A program made the translations under genes and the position numbers. The notes beneath the pieces were generated by a model. The model had not been told where the DNA came from, searched no databases, and saw nothing but the letters and a program-made list of their open reading frames with translations. Below are positions 19,645-27,911 of a stretch of 64,000 nt of DNA, piece by piece. Position 1 is the first letter of the stretch. Each line of letters opens with the position of its first letter. The stretch is from assembly GCA_031361295.1 (NCBI GenBank), contig JANMCN010000156.1:6801-70800 (forward strand), in the 5' to 3' direction. The DNA comes from Acidobacteriota bacterium. GTDB taxonomy: Bacteria; Acidobacteriota; Vicinamibacteria; Vicinamibacterales; 2-12-FULL-66-21.

Positions 19645-22215
19645 TCAAGGCACGACGGTGAACAGCTGGAAGGGCCCCCAGTAGTACGGCTTGGCATAGT
19701 TGCCGCCGCTCGCGAGCATCGCCAGCTTCGCCTCTCGGAGGGCGTGTGACGCCGTCTCGCCCGAGGCAATGTGTCCGTAGAGCCGATCCATCAGATCGGC
19801 CGTCGAGCGATCGTCCACGTCCCACAACCCGGCGATGACGCGGCTGGCCCCGGCACGGAGGAACGCCCAGGCGAACCCAACCAGCCCCTCGCCGGAATAG
19901 GCGCGCTCGCCAGCGCTCCGGCAGGCCGACACCGTCACCAGTTCCGCGTGCAGCGGCAGCGCCGCCACATCGCGGGCGTACAGCTTGAACGTCCCGTCCG
20001 ACCCCGAGAGGATGACCGCCGAGTCCAGCGGGCTCTCCAGATTGGTTGCGGCGTGGGCGGTGAAGTGCACGAACGCGAAGCGATCGGGCGCCGAGGTCGT
20101 GTAGGCGGCGGGGGACGCACGGACGCCCCGGAACGCGGCCACGTCTCCGGGCGCAAAGTGCCGCGACACATTCGCAATCTCCGCCGCCGCGTACTTCAGC
20201 GCCGGGAACTCAGGCGCGCGCGCCGCGGGATCACCAATCAGCAACAATGACGACGCACCCGCCGGCCGCGGCGGAGCGTCCGCCAGCATGGCGAGACCCG
20301 GCGCGACCTCGATCTCGTTGTCTTCGATCCAGTAGTGCCGCCTGGCGCCAGCGACGGGGAGCGTCTCGAAATTGATCCCGTGCAGCGCGCCGTCCGCGGC
20401 GATGACGACGCGCGCACCCTTCGGCACCGACGCGGCGACCGGCCCGATCAGCAGCTCGTACAACCGGTCCCCACCAGAGCCTGGCGCTGCGAGCGGATCG
20501 GTGAGCGTGTTGCTGACGGCCGCCTGGTGTTGTCGGACCAGCGCCTCGATTTCGCCGGCAGGCGGCAGCACCTTGCAGTCCACTCCGCGGGCGGTGACGA
20601 CCCAGACGTAGGAATGCCTGCTGCCCAGCCAATACGACAGGAGCGTGACCCGTGACCTGGCCGCCACCTGTCGCAACGCGGACACGTTCGCGCGGCGGGG
20701 GAGCGCCAGCCCGTGCCGGTCCGCCAGCACCCGGCCCCGGCTCGACTCCGACACTTCGAGCGCGCGCTCGATGCGCCCCTGGCCGACGAGCGCGTCGACG
20801 TACTCCTGGTAGAACAGAATCAGCCGGGTGAGGAACGTCAGCTTGTAATCGGTCTTGAGCAGCTCCGACCGCGTCTTCTCAATCGTGTCGAGGGCCGCTT
20901 CGAAATGCCGGGACGCCTCGTCGGGCCGTGACCGCGCCATCGCCACATCCGCGAGGCCCGCGTGTGCCGACCAGCGCACGCTCGGATCCGACGTGCCGTC
21001 GCCGAGCGCCTTCTCGAACAGCGCGGCGGCCTCGTCCAGCCGCCCGCGCCCCTTCGCGATCTGCGCGGCGTTCAGGGTGTTGTGCACGAGGCTGCCGGTG
21101 TGGCTGGCCTCCTTGAGGGACTGGGCCTCGTGGTTGAAACGCTCCGCCTCGTCCCACTCGCCGAGGTCCACGTTGGCCGCGGCCAGATTGCCGGCCCACA
21201 GCGCCGCGTCGGCGGTCAGGTTCGACCCCTTCGCCACGGAGAGCGCCCGGCGGAGGAACGGAAGCGCCTCGCGCGCAGCCCCCTGCATGATGAGCGTGTT
21301 GCCGAGGCCCGCGAGCGACTGGGCGAAATCGGCCTGCGTCCCGCGCCCGGTGTGGAGCGCCACGCTGCGGCGCTGCGTCGAGAGGGCCCGATCGAACTCC
21401 CCCAGCCGGGAGTAACAGATGCCGGCGTTGCTCAGGGCTGCGGCATACACGTAGAGGGGTTCGAGCTCGCGGAACGACAGCACACGCTCGAATCGCGGCA
21501 GCGCCTCATCCCATCGCGCGCGCACGACGCTGCCCATGCCGAGGTCGTTGAGCGCCCGCGCCTCCTGGAACCGGTCGCCGGCGGCCGCCGCCCCGGCGAC
21601 GACGGCGGTGAGCCGCTTCTCGGCTTCCGCCCACTGGCCGACGCGCATTCTGAGCTGGCCATCGAGCCACGCGACGTCGAACTGAACGTCAGCCACGTCG
21701 GGCGCAAACCGACGCGCGGCGTCGAGCGTGCGAAGGGCGGGCTCGAACTGCCCGCGGCTGCGCTGCACCAGCGCCTCGAGATATTTCTGGCGCGCCCGAA
21801 GAGCATCGTAGCTGGGCTCTGGTGGAAGAGGCGCCGCGACCAGCGCGTCGAGGTCCGAGGGCTCGTGCTGAAGGAGGAGAATCTCGCCGCGGAGGAGCCG
21901 GAACTTCCAGTACCACTCCGACTGGGGCCGTGCCAGCGCCACGCCGCGTTCCGCCTGCGCCCGCGCGGCGGGCAGTTCGCCCCGCCGCTCGGCGAGCTGC
22001 GCCTGCTCGAATGTCGACGCTAGCTCCCGCGCCCGGTTCGCGGCGCAGCCGCCCAGGACGACGATCGCGGCGAGCAGGCCGACGCGGGCACGCTCAAGAC
22101 CAGGTGCCGTTGCTCTCGACCTCCGCGGCGGCGACTGCTCCCCCCACCGGCGACCCGAGCTCCACCCGCAGCAGGGTGAGACGGCGTGACATGTCGGTGA
22201 CCAGCAGTTCGCCAA
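19645..22215 (-). CDS. TPR-repeat CHAT-domain (caspase-like) protease, probable lipoprotein or membrane-anchored
   Basis: The C-terminal CHAT domain has its catalytic dyad intact: FVHFTAHAATN (His codon 20053-20055) and LVTVSACRSAGE (Cys codon 19921-19923). About 500 aa of TPR-like repeats lie upstream. The hydrophobic RVGLLAAIVVLGGCAAN has a lipobox-like LGGC. The only canonical start in frame is TTG 22215, which overlaps the upstream gene by 122 nt. Confidence 0.8.
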   Translation of the reverse strand: MANCWSPTCHAVSPCCGWSSGRRWGEQSPPRRSRATAPGLERARVGLLAAIVVLGGCAANRARELASTFEQAQLAERRGELPAARAQAERGVALARPQSEWYWKFRLLRGEILLLQHEPSDLDALVAAPLPPEPSYDALRARQKYLEALVQRSRGQFEPALRTLDAARRFAPDVADVQFDVAWLDGQLRMRVGQWAEAEKRLTAVVAGAAAAGDRFQEARALNDLGMGSVVRARWDEALPRFERVLSFRELEPLYVYAAALSNAGICYSRLGEFDRALSTQRRSVALHTGRGTQADFAQSLAGLGNTLIMQGAAREALPFLRRALSVAKGSNLTADAALWAGNLAAANVDLGEWDEAERFNHEAQSLKEASHTGSLVHNTLNAAQIAKGRGRLDEAAALFEKALGDGTSDPSVRWSAHAGLADVAMARSRPDEASRHFEAALDTIEKTRSELLKTDYKLTFLTRLILFYQEYVDALVGQGRIERALEVSESSRGRVLADRHGLALPRRANVSALRQVAARSRVTLLSYWLGSRHSYVWVVTARGVDCKVLPPAGEIEALVRQHQAAVSNTLTDPLAAPGSGGDRLYELLIGPVAASVPKGARVVIAADGALHGINFETLPVAGARRHYWIEDNEIEVAPGLAMLADAPPRPAGASSLLLIGDPAARAPEFPALKYAAAEIANVSRHFAPGDVAAFRGVRASPAAYTTSAPDRFAFVHFTAHAATNLESPLDSAVILSGSDGTFKLYARDVAALPLHAELVTVSACRSAGERAYSGEGLVGFAWAFLRAGASRVIAGLWDVDDRSTADLMDRLYGHIASGETASHALREAKLAMLASGGNYAKPYYWGPFQLFTVVP

Positions 22216-22942
22216 AGAAGATTCGGCCGAAGTCCTGGACGACGAGCGAATGATGATCGATTCGCGCCGCAGGGTGCGGATCGCCGGCCCACCGGATGGA
22301 CTTCACGATCGTCGCGTAAGTTGTTCCACACGAGTGCAGCAGCCGCGCGGTCGGCGGCGGCGGTGTACCGCCGATCGACGAGCGCATGAACAGACAGTCG
22401 CCGGACTCCTTCACGAATCCCGGATCGTCCGCCGCGGCGAGAAGCTTCGACCGGGTGTCGTACCGCTGGAACAGCGGCAGCGCGAGCTCGACGATGACCG
22501 CGTGGCCGTCGATGGCGACCCCCTCGATGGCCGTATCACCGGTGACCGCGATCGCCGGCTCCCCGCTGCCGGACGGGCTGCTCGAGCGGAGCGACGCGTG
22601 GAGGCGCTCGATCGTCAGTCCCGGCTTCTTTCCGACGCTCAAACCGGCGACATCCGCCGTCACGTGAGTCGACGTCGTCAGCGCGTCTTCCGCCACGCGA
22701 TGGTACGTGAGCTCAATCTGCCTCTTGACGTCGTCGAACACCCCCTCCGCCGACGTCGCGGCGCCGGCGAGGCTGACCCAGTCGCCAAACCGCGTCGCGC
22801 CTGTCTGCGCGCGCGAACGCCCGCCGACGACGGTCAAGGAGCTGGCGGCGCTCGACTCGAGCACGAGATCCACCGGCCGGACGATGCGGCCGCCGATCGC
22901 GGCGGCATTGCCTCTGAAGATGAAGCGGCGTCTCAGATCCAT
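22094..22942 (-). CDS. Hypothetical protein (orphan, 282 aa) between the anti-sigma and CHAT genes
   Basis: ATG at 22942. High third-position GC through to the stop at 22094. No signal peptide or TM segment. The composition is beta-rich (V/T/S/G/A). I recognise no family. Confidence 0.7.
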   Translation of the reverse strand: MDLRRRFIFRGNAAAIGGRIVRPVDLVLESSAASSLTVVGGRSRAQTGATRFGDWVSLAGAATSAEGVFDDVKRQIELTYHRVAEDALTTSTHVTADVAGLSVGKKPGLTIERLHASLRSSSPSGSGEPAIAVTGDTAIEGVAIDGHAVIVELALPLFQRYDTRSKLLAAADDPGFVKESGDCLFMRSSIGGTPPPPTARLLHSCGTTYATIVKSIRWAGDPHPAARIDHHSLVVQDFGRIFFGELLVTDMSRRLTLLRVELGSPVGGAVAAAEVESNGTWS

Positions 22943-22966
22943 GGAGTGTGACGGCGGATGACGGGT

Positions 22967-23638
22967 TCAGGGAGTCGAAACCGCGAACCGGTACTCCCCT
23001 AGGGAAGGCCCGTTCGGCGCGGCATCGTGGACGGTGAGAATGTAATGCATGTCACTGCCGAGTGTCCACGCCGGGACCAGGAGCAGCAGGGGCATTCCGG
23101 CGGGAGGCGCGGCCGCGCGTCCCGACGCGACGTGACGACCCGCCCGCGTGGTCAACTCGTACGTGACCTCACCGCCGCGGGGCGGATCGTTGATCTCGAG
23201 CGCCAGGGTCACCGGCGCGCCCTGCGGCCCCAGGCTGACCGAGGCTTCGCTCCCGCGGCTCTCGGGATGGAGGACCACCGGAACGAGCGCGACCGGCGAG
23301 GCATCGCGCCGGAGGGCCGGAACGACCCAGACGGACTGATACGCGGTGATGCACGCGAGCGCAGCTGCCGCCGCCCAGGGCAGGGCCGACGATCGATACC
23401 ATGCGGAGGCCCTGCCGGCGGAGCGTCGAGCCGGCATCGGATGGAGCTGCCCCGACGCCGGAGCCTCGGCCAGACCGGCGGTCACGCCCTGCAGCAGGGC
23501 GGCCGCCGTCCGCAACTCGTCGGCGCAGGCCTCGCATGTGAAGAAATGCGCTTCGAACGCCTCCCGTTCGTCGCCTGACAGTTCGTCCAGCAGGTATCGT
23601 TCGGCCGCGAGCGTTTTTCCGGCTTCGTCGTGGTTCAT
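22967..23638 (-). CDS. Anti-sigma factor, zf-HC2 type, single-pass membrane protein
   Basis: H-x3-C-x2-C motif HFFTCEAC in the N-terminal cytoplasmic domain, a TM helix ALPWAAAAALACITAYQSVWVV, and an extracytoplasmic domain of about 110 aa. It starts 4 nt after the sigma gene stop. Confidence 0.75.
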   Translation of the reverse strand: MNHDEAGKTLAAERYLLDELSGDEREAFEAHFFTCEACADELRTAAALLQGVTAGLAEAPASGQLHPMPARRSAGRASAWYRSSALPWAAAAALACITAYQSVWVVPALRRDASPVALVPVVLHPESRGSEASVSLGPQGAPVTLALEINDPPRGGEVTYELTTRAGRHVASGRAAAPPAGMPLLLLVPAWTLGSDMHYILTVHDAAPNGPSLGEYRFAVSTP

Positions 23639-23642
23639 GGGG

Positions 23643-24215
23643 TCACGACGAGATGACCCCCGCGGAAAAGCGTTCGCGGAAGCGTTGCTTCGCCCTGTGA
23701 AACAGGACGCGGAGATAGGCCCGATCGATATTCAGCTCGCGGCAGATGTCGTCTTTGGGTCGATCCTCGAGGAACAGCCATCGGATGAGCTCCCGGTCCT
23801 TCTGCGGCAGCGCCGCAATCGCTTCACGCACCTTCACGCGCTCCTCCGCCTTCAGGACGCGCCATTCGGCGCTGGGATCGCCCGCGCTCGGCTCGTCGTG
23901 GTCGTCGTCCAGCTGGTCGGCCCGCCCTCTGGAGCGATAGGTCTCCAGCAGCACGTTGTTGCAGACCGCGTTGACGAAGGCCCCCAGGCTTTCGGGGGCG
24001 GCCAGGCTGCCCTTTTTCTTGAGCGCGGTCAGTACGCGCACAAACGTTTCCTGCCTCGCGTCGTCCACCTGCGCCGCCGAGCGGAGCCGCGACCGAAGCT
24101 TCAGTGACAACAGATCCCCGAAATACGAAGTGAAATGCCGTTCTGTTTCGGGGTCCTCCGCAATCAGCCGCTGGACGTACTCGCCGTCGAAGCTGAAGCG
24201 GGGACGAAGGGGCAA
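23643..24215 (-). CDS. ECF-type RNA polymerase sigma-70 family factor
   Basis: Region 2 (FTSYFGDLLSLKLR...DDARQETFVRVL) and region 4 (LPQKDRELIRWLFLEDRPKDDICRELNIDRAYLRVLFHRAKQRF). TTG start at 24215. Confidence 0.85.
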   Translation of the reverse strand: MPLRPRFSFDGEYVQRLIAEDPETERHFTSYFGDLLSLKLRSRLRSAAQVDDARQETFVRVLTALKKKGSLAAPESLGAFVNAVCNNVLLETYRSRGRADQLDDDHDEPSAGDPSAEWRVLKAEERVKVREAIAALPQKDRELIRWLFLEDRPKDDICRELNIDRAYLRVLFHRAKQRFRERFSAGVISS

Positions 24216-24570
24216 ATGCCGCCATCGTAGCGTCCGGCCTGCCTCCGCGCAACCGTCCGAAGCCGTATCCGCCGCCCATAACTAGTGCGGCAGGGGCCGG
24301 ATTCGTTTCAGCGCGGGTGTTCGTGCCCTGATGAAACGGATTCTCCCGTCACGACACTAACGGGTGAACGCCAGTCAGCCAGGCGAGCCCAACCCATGCA
24401 ACATGTCGCGACGGGACTGGCCGGGCGGGCGGGATCTTCGAGTGATCCCAGCCATCACGTCGGCCATGGCGCCGGTGCTCGCACGCGGGCAGGTTTTCCG
24501 AATGGTTGTTCAACCGGTTCGACAACGTCCAGTTCGGTGTCACGTTCAGGGAGTGTGTCAGGTGATCAAT

Positions 24571-25146
24571 ATGTGCATTGACCGTCCAGCAGTGGCCATC
24601 GGCCACATCGTCCGTGAAGTGCTGCTCGATCTGACCTGCGCGGTCCGATGCGACGCACGAGTCCTCATTACGGGTGATCGGGACTCCGGCAAGAGAGAGC
24701 TCGCCGAGATGATCCACCGGGGCAGCCAGCGGGCGGCCGGCCGATTCAGAACGATTGATTGCGCCGCGAGCACGGATGACGTGCTGGAGGCGAGGCTGTT
24801 CGGGCGCGCGCGCGCGAGCGAATCGGGAGTGGACGGCCGGGGCACCCGCGGCCTGCTGGAACAGGCGCACGGCGGCACGATCTTCCTCGCCAACGTGGGC
24901 GCGATCGGGCCGCGGCTGCAGCGCCGGCTGCTGACATTTCTCGAGGATGGTCTGATCACACGCGTCGGGGCGGAGCGGGCACACACCCGGGTGGACGTGC
25001 GCGTGATCTCCTCGGCGGACCGCGACCTGTTCGGCCGGACCGAGGCGCTGCGGTTCAGCGACGACCTGTATTACCGGTTGAACGTCGTGCACCTCGTGAT
25101 GCCGGCCGCCGGACCCCGCGCGGACGTCGGCGCAGCCTGTTCGTAG
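24571..25146 (+). CDS. Stand-alone, degenerate and truncated sigma-54-interaction (AAA+) domain protein; possibly a gene remnant
   Basis: Clear collinear similarity to the NtrC-type AAA+ core (VLITGDRDSGKRELAEMIH ... GGTIFLANV ... VDVRVISSADRDL ... FSDDLYYRLNVVHLVMPA). The Walker A is degenerate (GDRDSGKR versus GESGTGKE). The Walker B is FLAN instead of FLDE. The GAFTGA loop is replaced. There is no receiver or sensor domain and no C-terminal HTH. Confidence 0.5.
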   Translation: MCIDRPAVAIGHIVREVLLDLTCAVRCDARVLITGDRDSGKRELAEMIHRGSQRAAGRFRTIDCAASTDDVLEARLFGRARASESGVDGRGTRGLLEQAHGGTIFLANVGAIGPRLQRRLLTFLEDGLITRVGAERAHTRVDVRVISSADRDLFGRTEALRFSDDLYYRLNVVHLVMPAAGPRADVGAACS

Positions 25147-25194
25147 CGGCTGCGCCGCGTCAGTCAACGGCCGGTCAGTTCACATTCACGGGCG

Positions 25195-25593
25195 TCACGC
25201 CTTCTTCGGGCCGATCCTCAGGAGGTTGATCACTCGCCGCACGCCCTCCGTCCTTCTCGCGATGCTGGCGGCCCTGGTCCGTCCCGCAGCCGTCAGGACC
25301 GTGCCCTTGAGCGTCACGACGTGCTTCTCGGTGTCGACACTGATGTCGCTGCCCTTGAGAAGATCCTCGGTGACGAAGCGCTCGTGCACGCGGGCCGTGA
25401 TCCACGCGTCGGTCACGGCTTCGCCGGTCTTGACGGCGCCCTGCTTCGTCTTCGAGGCGACCACGGTCGCCCCCTTGACGACCGCGTCCTTCGTCTTGAC
25501 GGCCCCTTCTTTGATCTTTTCCTGCGCAGTCAGCGGGGCCGCGGCAACGGTGACCAGCGCGGTGAGGCAGGCGATTCTCCAAGCAGCGTGCAT
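25195..25593 (-). CDS. BON-domain periplasmic protein
   Basis: Start MHAAW at 25593, 6 nt after GGAGG. Signal peptide, a KTKDAV/KTKQGAV repeat region, then the BON pattern DAWITARVHERFVTEDLLKGSDISVDTEKHVVTLKGTV. Confidence 0.8.
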   Translation of the reverse strand: MHAAWRIACLTALVTVAAAPLTAQEKIKEGAVKTKDAVVKGATVVASKTKQGAVKTGEAVTDAWITARVHERFVTEDLLKGSDISVDTEKHVVTLKGTVLTAAGRTRAASIARRTEGVRRVINLLRIGPKKA

Positions 25594-25777
25594 ACCATCC
25601 TCCATGCGGCCGGAAGACTCCAGCCGCTGGGAGCGATTATGGACCATCCCCGCTACCGCCCGCCGTCCAATCCGCCCCGCCCACGCGGGCCAGCCGGTGA
25701 GGAGCGGACGGCGACTCGACTCAATCTGAAAGGCCGCCGGCGGGAACTGGCGGTCGATCCCGGCGACGCGGCGCCGG

Positions 25778-27034
25778 TCAGACGCCGGGCTCGAGCGCCA
25801 GGACGGGCTCGCTGTCGCCGAGCGGCAGCGTGATGGTGAACGCGGTGCCCTTGCCGCCCTTCGATTCAACGGCAATGGTGCCGAGCATGTGCTCCACGCA
25901 ATCGGCGACGATCGACAGGCCGAGACCCAAGCCGCTGGTGCCGAGCTCCTCGTCGCGGAGCGCGTGGGCGCGGAAGAAGCGCGAGAACAGCCCGCTGAGG
26001 TCCTCCTGTTCGATGCCCAGGCCGTTGTCGGCGATGCGGATGGCGCACATATCCGTCGCCTGGGCCGCGCACGGCGTGATGCTCACGAAGCGCTCCGGCT
26101 TCGACGGATCGCTGTACTTGATGCCGTTCGACACGAGGTTCATCAGCACGAGCTGGAGTCGCCCGACGTCCACGACGAGCACGGGCAGGTCCGTCGAGAC
26201 CCGGATGTCCACGCCGCGCGCATGGGCCATCTCGCGCAGCTGCAGCGCGATGTCGTGCGCCACCGTCGAGACCTCAACCTTCTGTCGCTGGGCCCCCTCG
26301 TGCTGCGCCTGGAGCCGGGACATCGACTCCAGCTTGCGCGTCAGGTCGATGATGCCTCTGACGTTGCGATCGAGGAGCATGAGCAGACGGGAGACCCTGG
26401 AGGGATCGTCGAGCGTTTCGGGAAGATGCAGCGTCGCGACCGAGAACTGGAGAACCCCGAGCGGCTGCCGCAGCTCGTGGCTCACCATGCGGTTGAACCC
26501 CTCGAGCCGCTTGTTCTGCTGCTCGATCGTCTCCTTGTAGGCCGTGACGAACGTATCCACGGTCGTCTGGAGCAGGACCCCGACGCACTCGTCGAGGCGC
26601 GAGAGAACGTCGAAGCATTCCACCGCCGTGGGCGTCAGGCCGAGGCGGATGGTTTCCGCCCTGACGAACCCCGCGAGAATCGTCCCCAGGATGCGGTATT
26701 CCTGGATCAACTGGTGCAGCGACGCCCCCTGCGAGTGGCGCAGGTGTCCGAGCTCCTGCGCCTTGGCGAGAACGGAGGTGTTCGCGCCAATCGCCTCCTC
26801 GCTCGGATCTTTGAGATACGCCGCGAGGTCCAGGATCAGGACCGGGATATGGTCGAGGAGCGCATCGGACGGAAAGACGTCGCGGGCGTCGATGGGCAGC
26901 AGCGCGATGAGCCGCGTCAGCCACGCGGCAGCGATCGTGCGGTGCTCGTCGTGCAGCCGCGCCGCCATGATGGAGCAATAGGGTGTGGACCCCTCGGAAG
27001 GTGAAGGGCCCGCGGTCGCGGTGGCGCTCAACAT
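25778..27034 (-). CDS. Soluble sensor histidine kinase (HisKA + HATPase_c), no adjacent response regulator
   Basis: H-box FNRMVSHELRQPLGVL, N-box LVSNGIKYS, G1 DNGLGI, G2 GTSGLGLGLSIV. No TM helices are evident in the N-terminal sensory region of about 180 aa. Confidence 0.85.
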   Translation of the reverse strand: MLSATATAGPSPSEGSTPYCSIMAARLHDEHRTIAAAWLTRLIALLPIDARDVFPSDALLDHIPVLILDLAAYLKDPSEEAIGANTSVLAKAQELGHLRHSQGASLHQLIQEYRILGTILAGFVRAETIRLGLTPTAVECFDVLSRLDECVGVLLQTTVDTFVTAYKETIEQQNKRLEGFNRMVSHELRQPLGVLQFSVATLHLPETLDDPSRVSRLLMLLDRNVRGIIDLTRKLESMSRLQAQHEGAQRQKVEVSTVAHDIALQLREMAHARGVDIRVSTDLPVLVVDVGRLQLVLMNLVSNGIKYSDPSKPERFVSITPCAAQATDMCAIRIADNGLGIEQEDLSGLFSRFFRAHALRDEELGTSGLGLGLSIVADCVEHMLGTIAVESKGGKGTAFTITLPLGDSEPVLALEPGV

Positions 27035-27112
27035 ACCCTCTAGATTACGCCCGGAAGACCCGGCCTGTGACGAATACGCACACGGGGCGAACTCGACGGC
27101 GAGATCACTCGA

Positions 27113-27709
27113 CTAGAAACCGCACGACGTCGGCTGGCCGTTCAGCCCCTCGCGGTCCCGCTGAAAGCGCGCGCTGATGCTGCTGCCGACGTAATCCACC
27201 TTCACGACGTACAGGCTGTCGTAGTCGGTGGAGGCCCAGGCCGGCACGGTGACGCCACCGCCGTACTTGTTCATGATGTTCTGCACGAGCGTCTGAAGCT
27301 CGAGGTGTTCCCAGGCGACGAAGGCAGTGGTGTTCGCCTTCGTCGACGTGATCAGCGCGGCCTGGAGCGTCGCGATGTCGGTATAGCCGTATTTGGTGCG
27401 AACCGGCATCCCCAGCCGCACCGCGGTGGGCTCGATCGTGGCCAGGGGCCGCACGTAGTAGAAACTCCCCGCAGAATCGGTCACCTGGACAGCAGGGTTC
27501 GGCGCATACAAATAGTCGGGCCTGCCGTACTTCGCGGCGAGCACGGTCGGCAGCGCGAGCGCACGGTTGAAGCCCTGGCACGTCAACTGGCCATAACCTC
27601 CGGAGGGTTTCTCGCCGTGGCGCAGGAACACGATGGTCTGTTCGGCGCGCGCGTCAGAAGCCGCCACGAGAAGAAGAGTGCACATAATCCAAAGGAGCCG
27701 GTGACGCAT
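27113..27709 (-). CDS. Secreted histidine-phosphatase-superfamily protein
   Basis: Start MRHRLLW at 27709 with a GAGAGG RBS. Signal peptide, then the RHG motif TIVFLRHGEKP. Confidence 0.6.
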   Translation of the reverse strand: MRHRLLWIMCTLLLVAASDARAEQTIVFLRHGEKPSGGYGQLTCQGFNRALALPTVLAAKYGRPDYLYAPNPAVQVTDSAGSFYYVRPLATIEPTAVRLGMPVRTKYGYTDIATLQAALITSTKANTTAFVAWEHLELQTLVQNIMNKYGGGVTVPAWASTDYDSLYVVKVDYVGSSISARFQRDREGLNGQPTSCGF

Positions 27710-27911
27710 GTCAAGCCTCTCTATCCATGCGGCCGCAGAAGGGCGGCCGGAAACGGGTTGTCTGGGGGATGACTGAGCGTACCTGCGTCGGAGCCGTCCA
27801 TCAAGCAGGGCCATACCGGCGCCACGGCCGGGCTCGGCGCACGACAACCGCTGCTGTGCTATCGTGCGGCCACGATCGGCGGGCACCCGCCGCGACCTGG
27901 AATGGAAACCG

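Noticed and set aside
22090-22100. Programmed RF2-style +1 frameshift at the orphan-282 stop (TCT TGA G)
   Set aside because: The site lacks the CUU-U slippery context and the upstream SD-like stimulator of known +1 sites. I keep the frame problem as an open observation, not as a claimed recoding event.
18789-24319. Possible direct repeats at the module borders (TCAGCGCGCGGTGG at 18789 and TCAGCGCGGGTG at 24308)
   Set aside because: They are only about 12 nt long with an indel, extremely GC-rich, and one copy includes a stop codon. Chance occurrence is likely in this composition, so this is not evidence for a target-site duplication.
24349-25167. 272-aa minus-strand ORF opposite the AAA+-like ORF
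   Set aside because: It has no recognisable similarity, while the plus-strand frame is collinear with the NtrC-type central domain.
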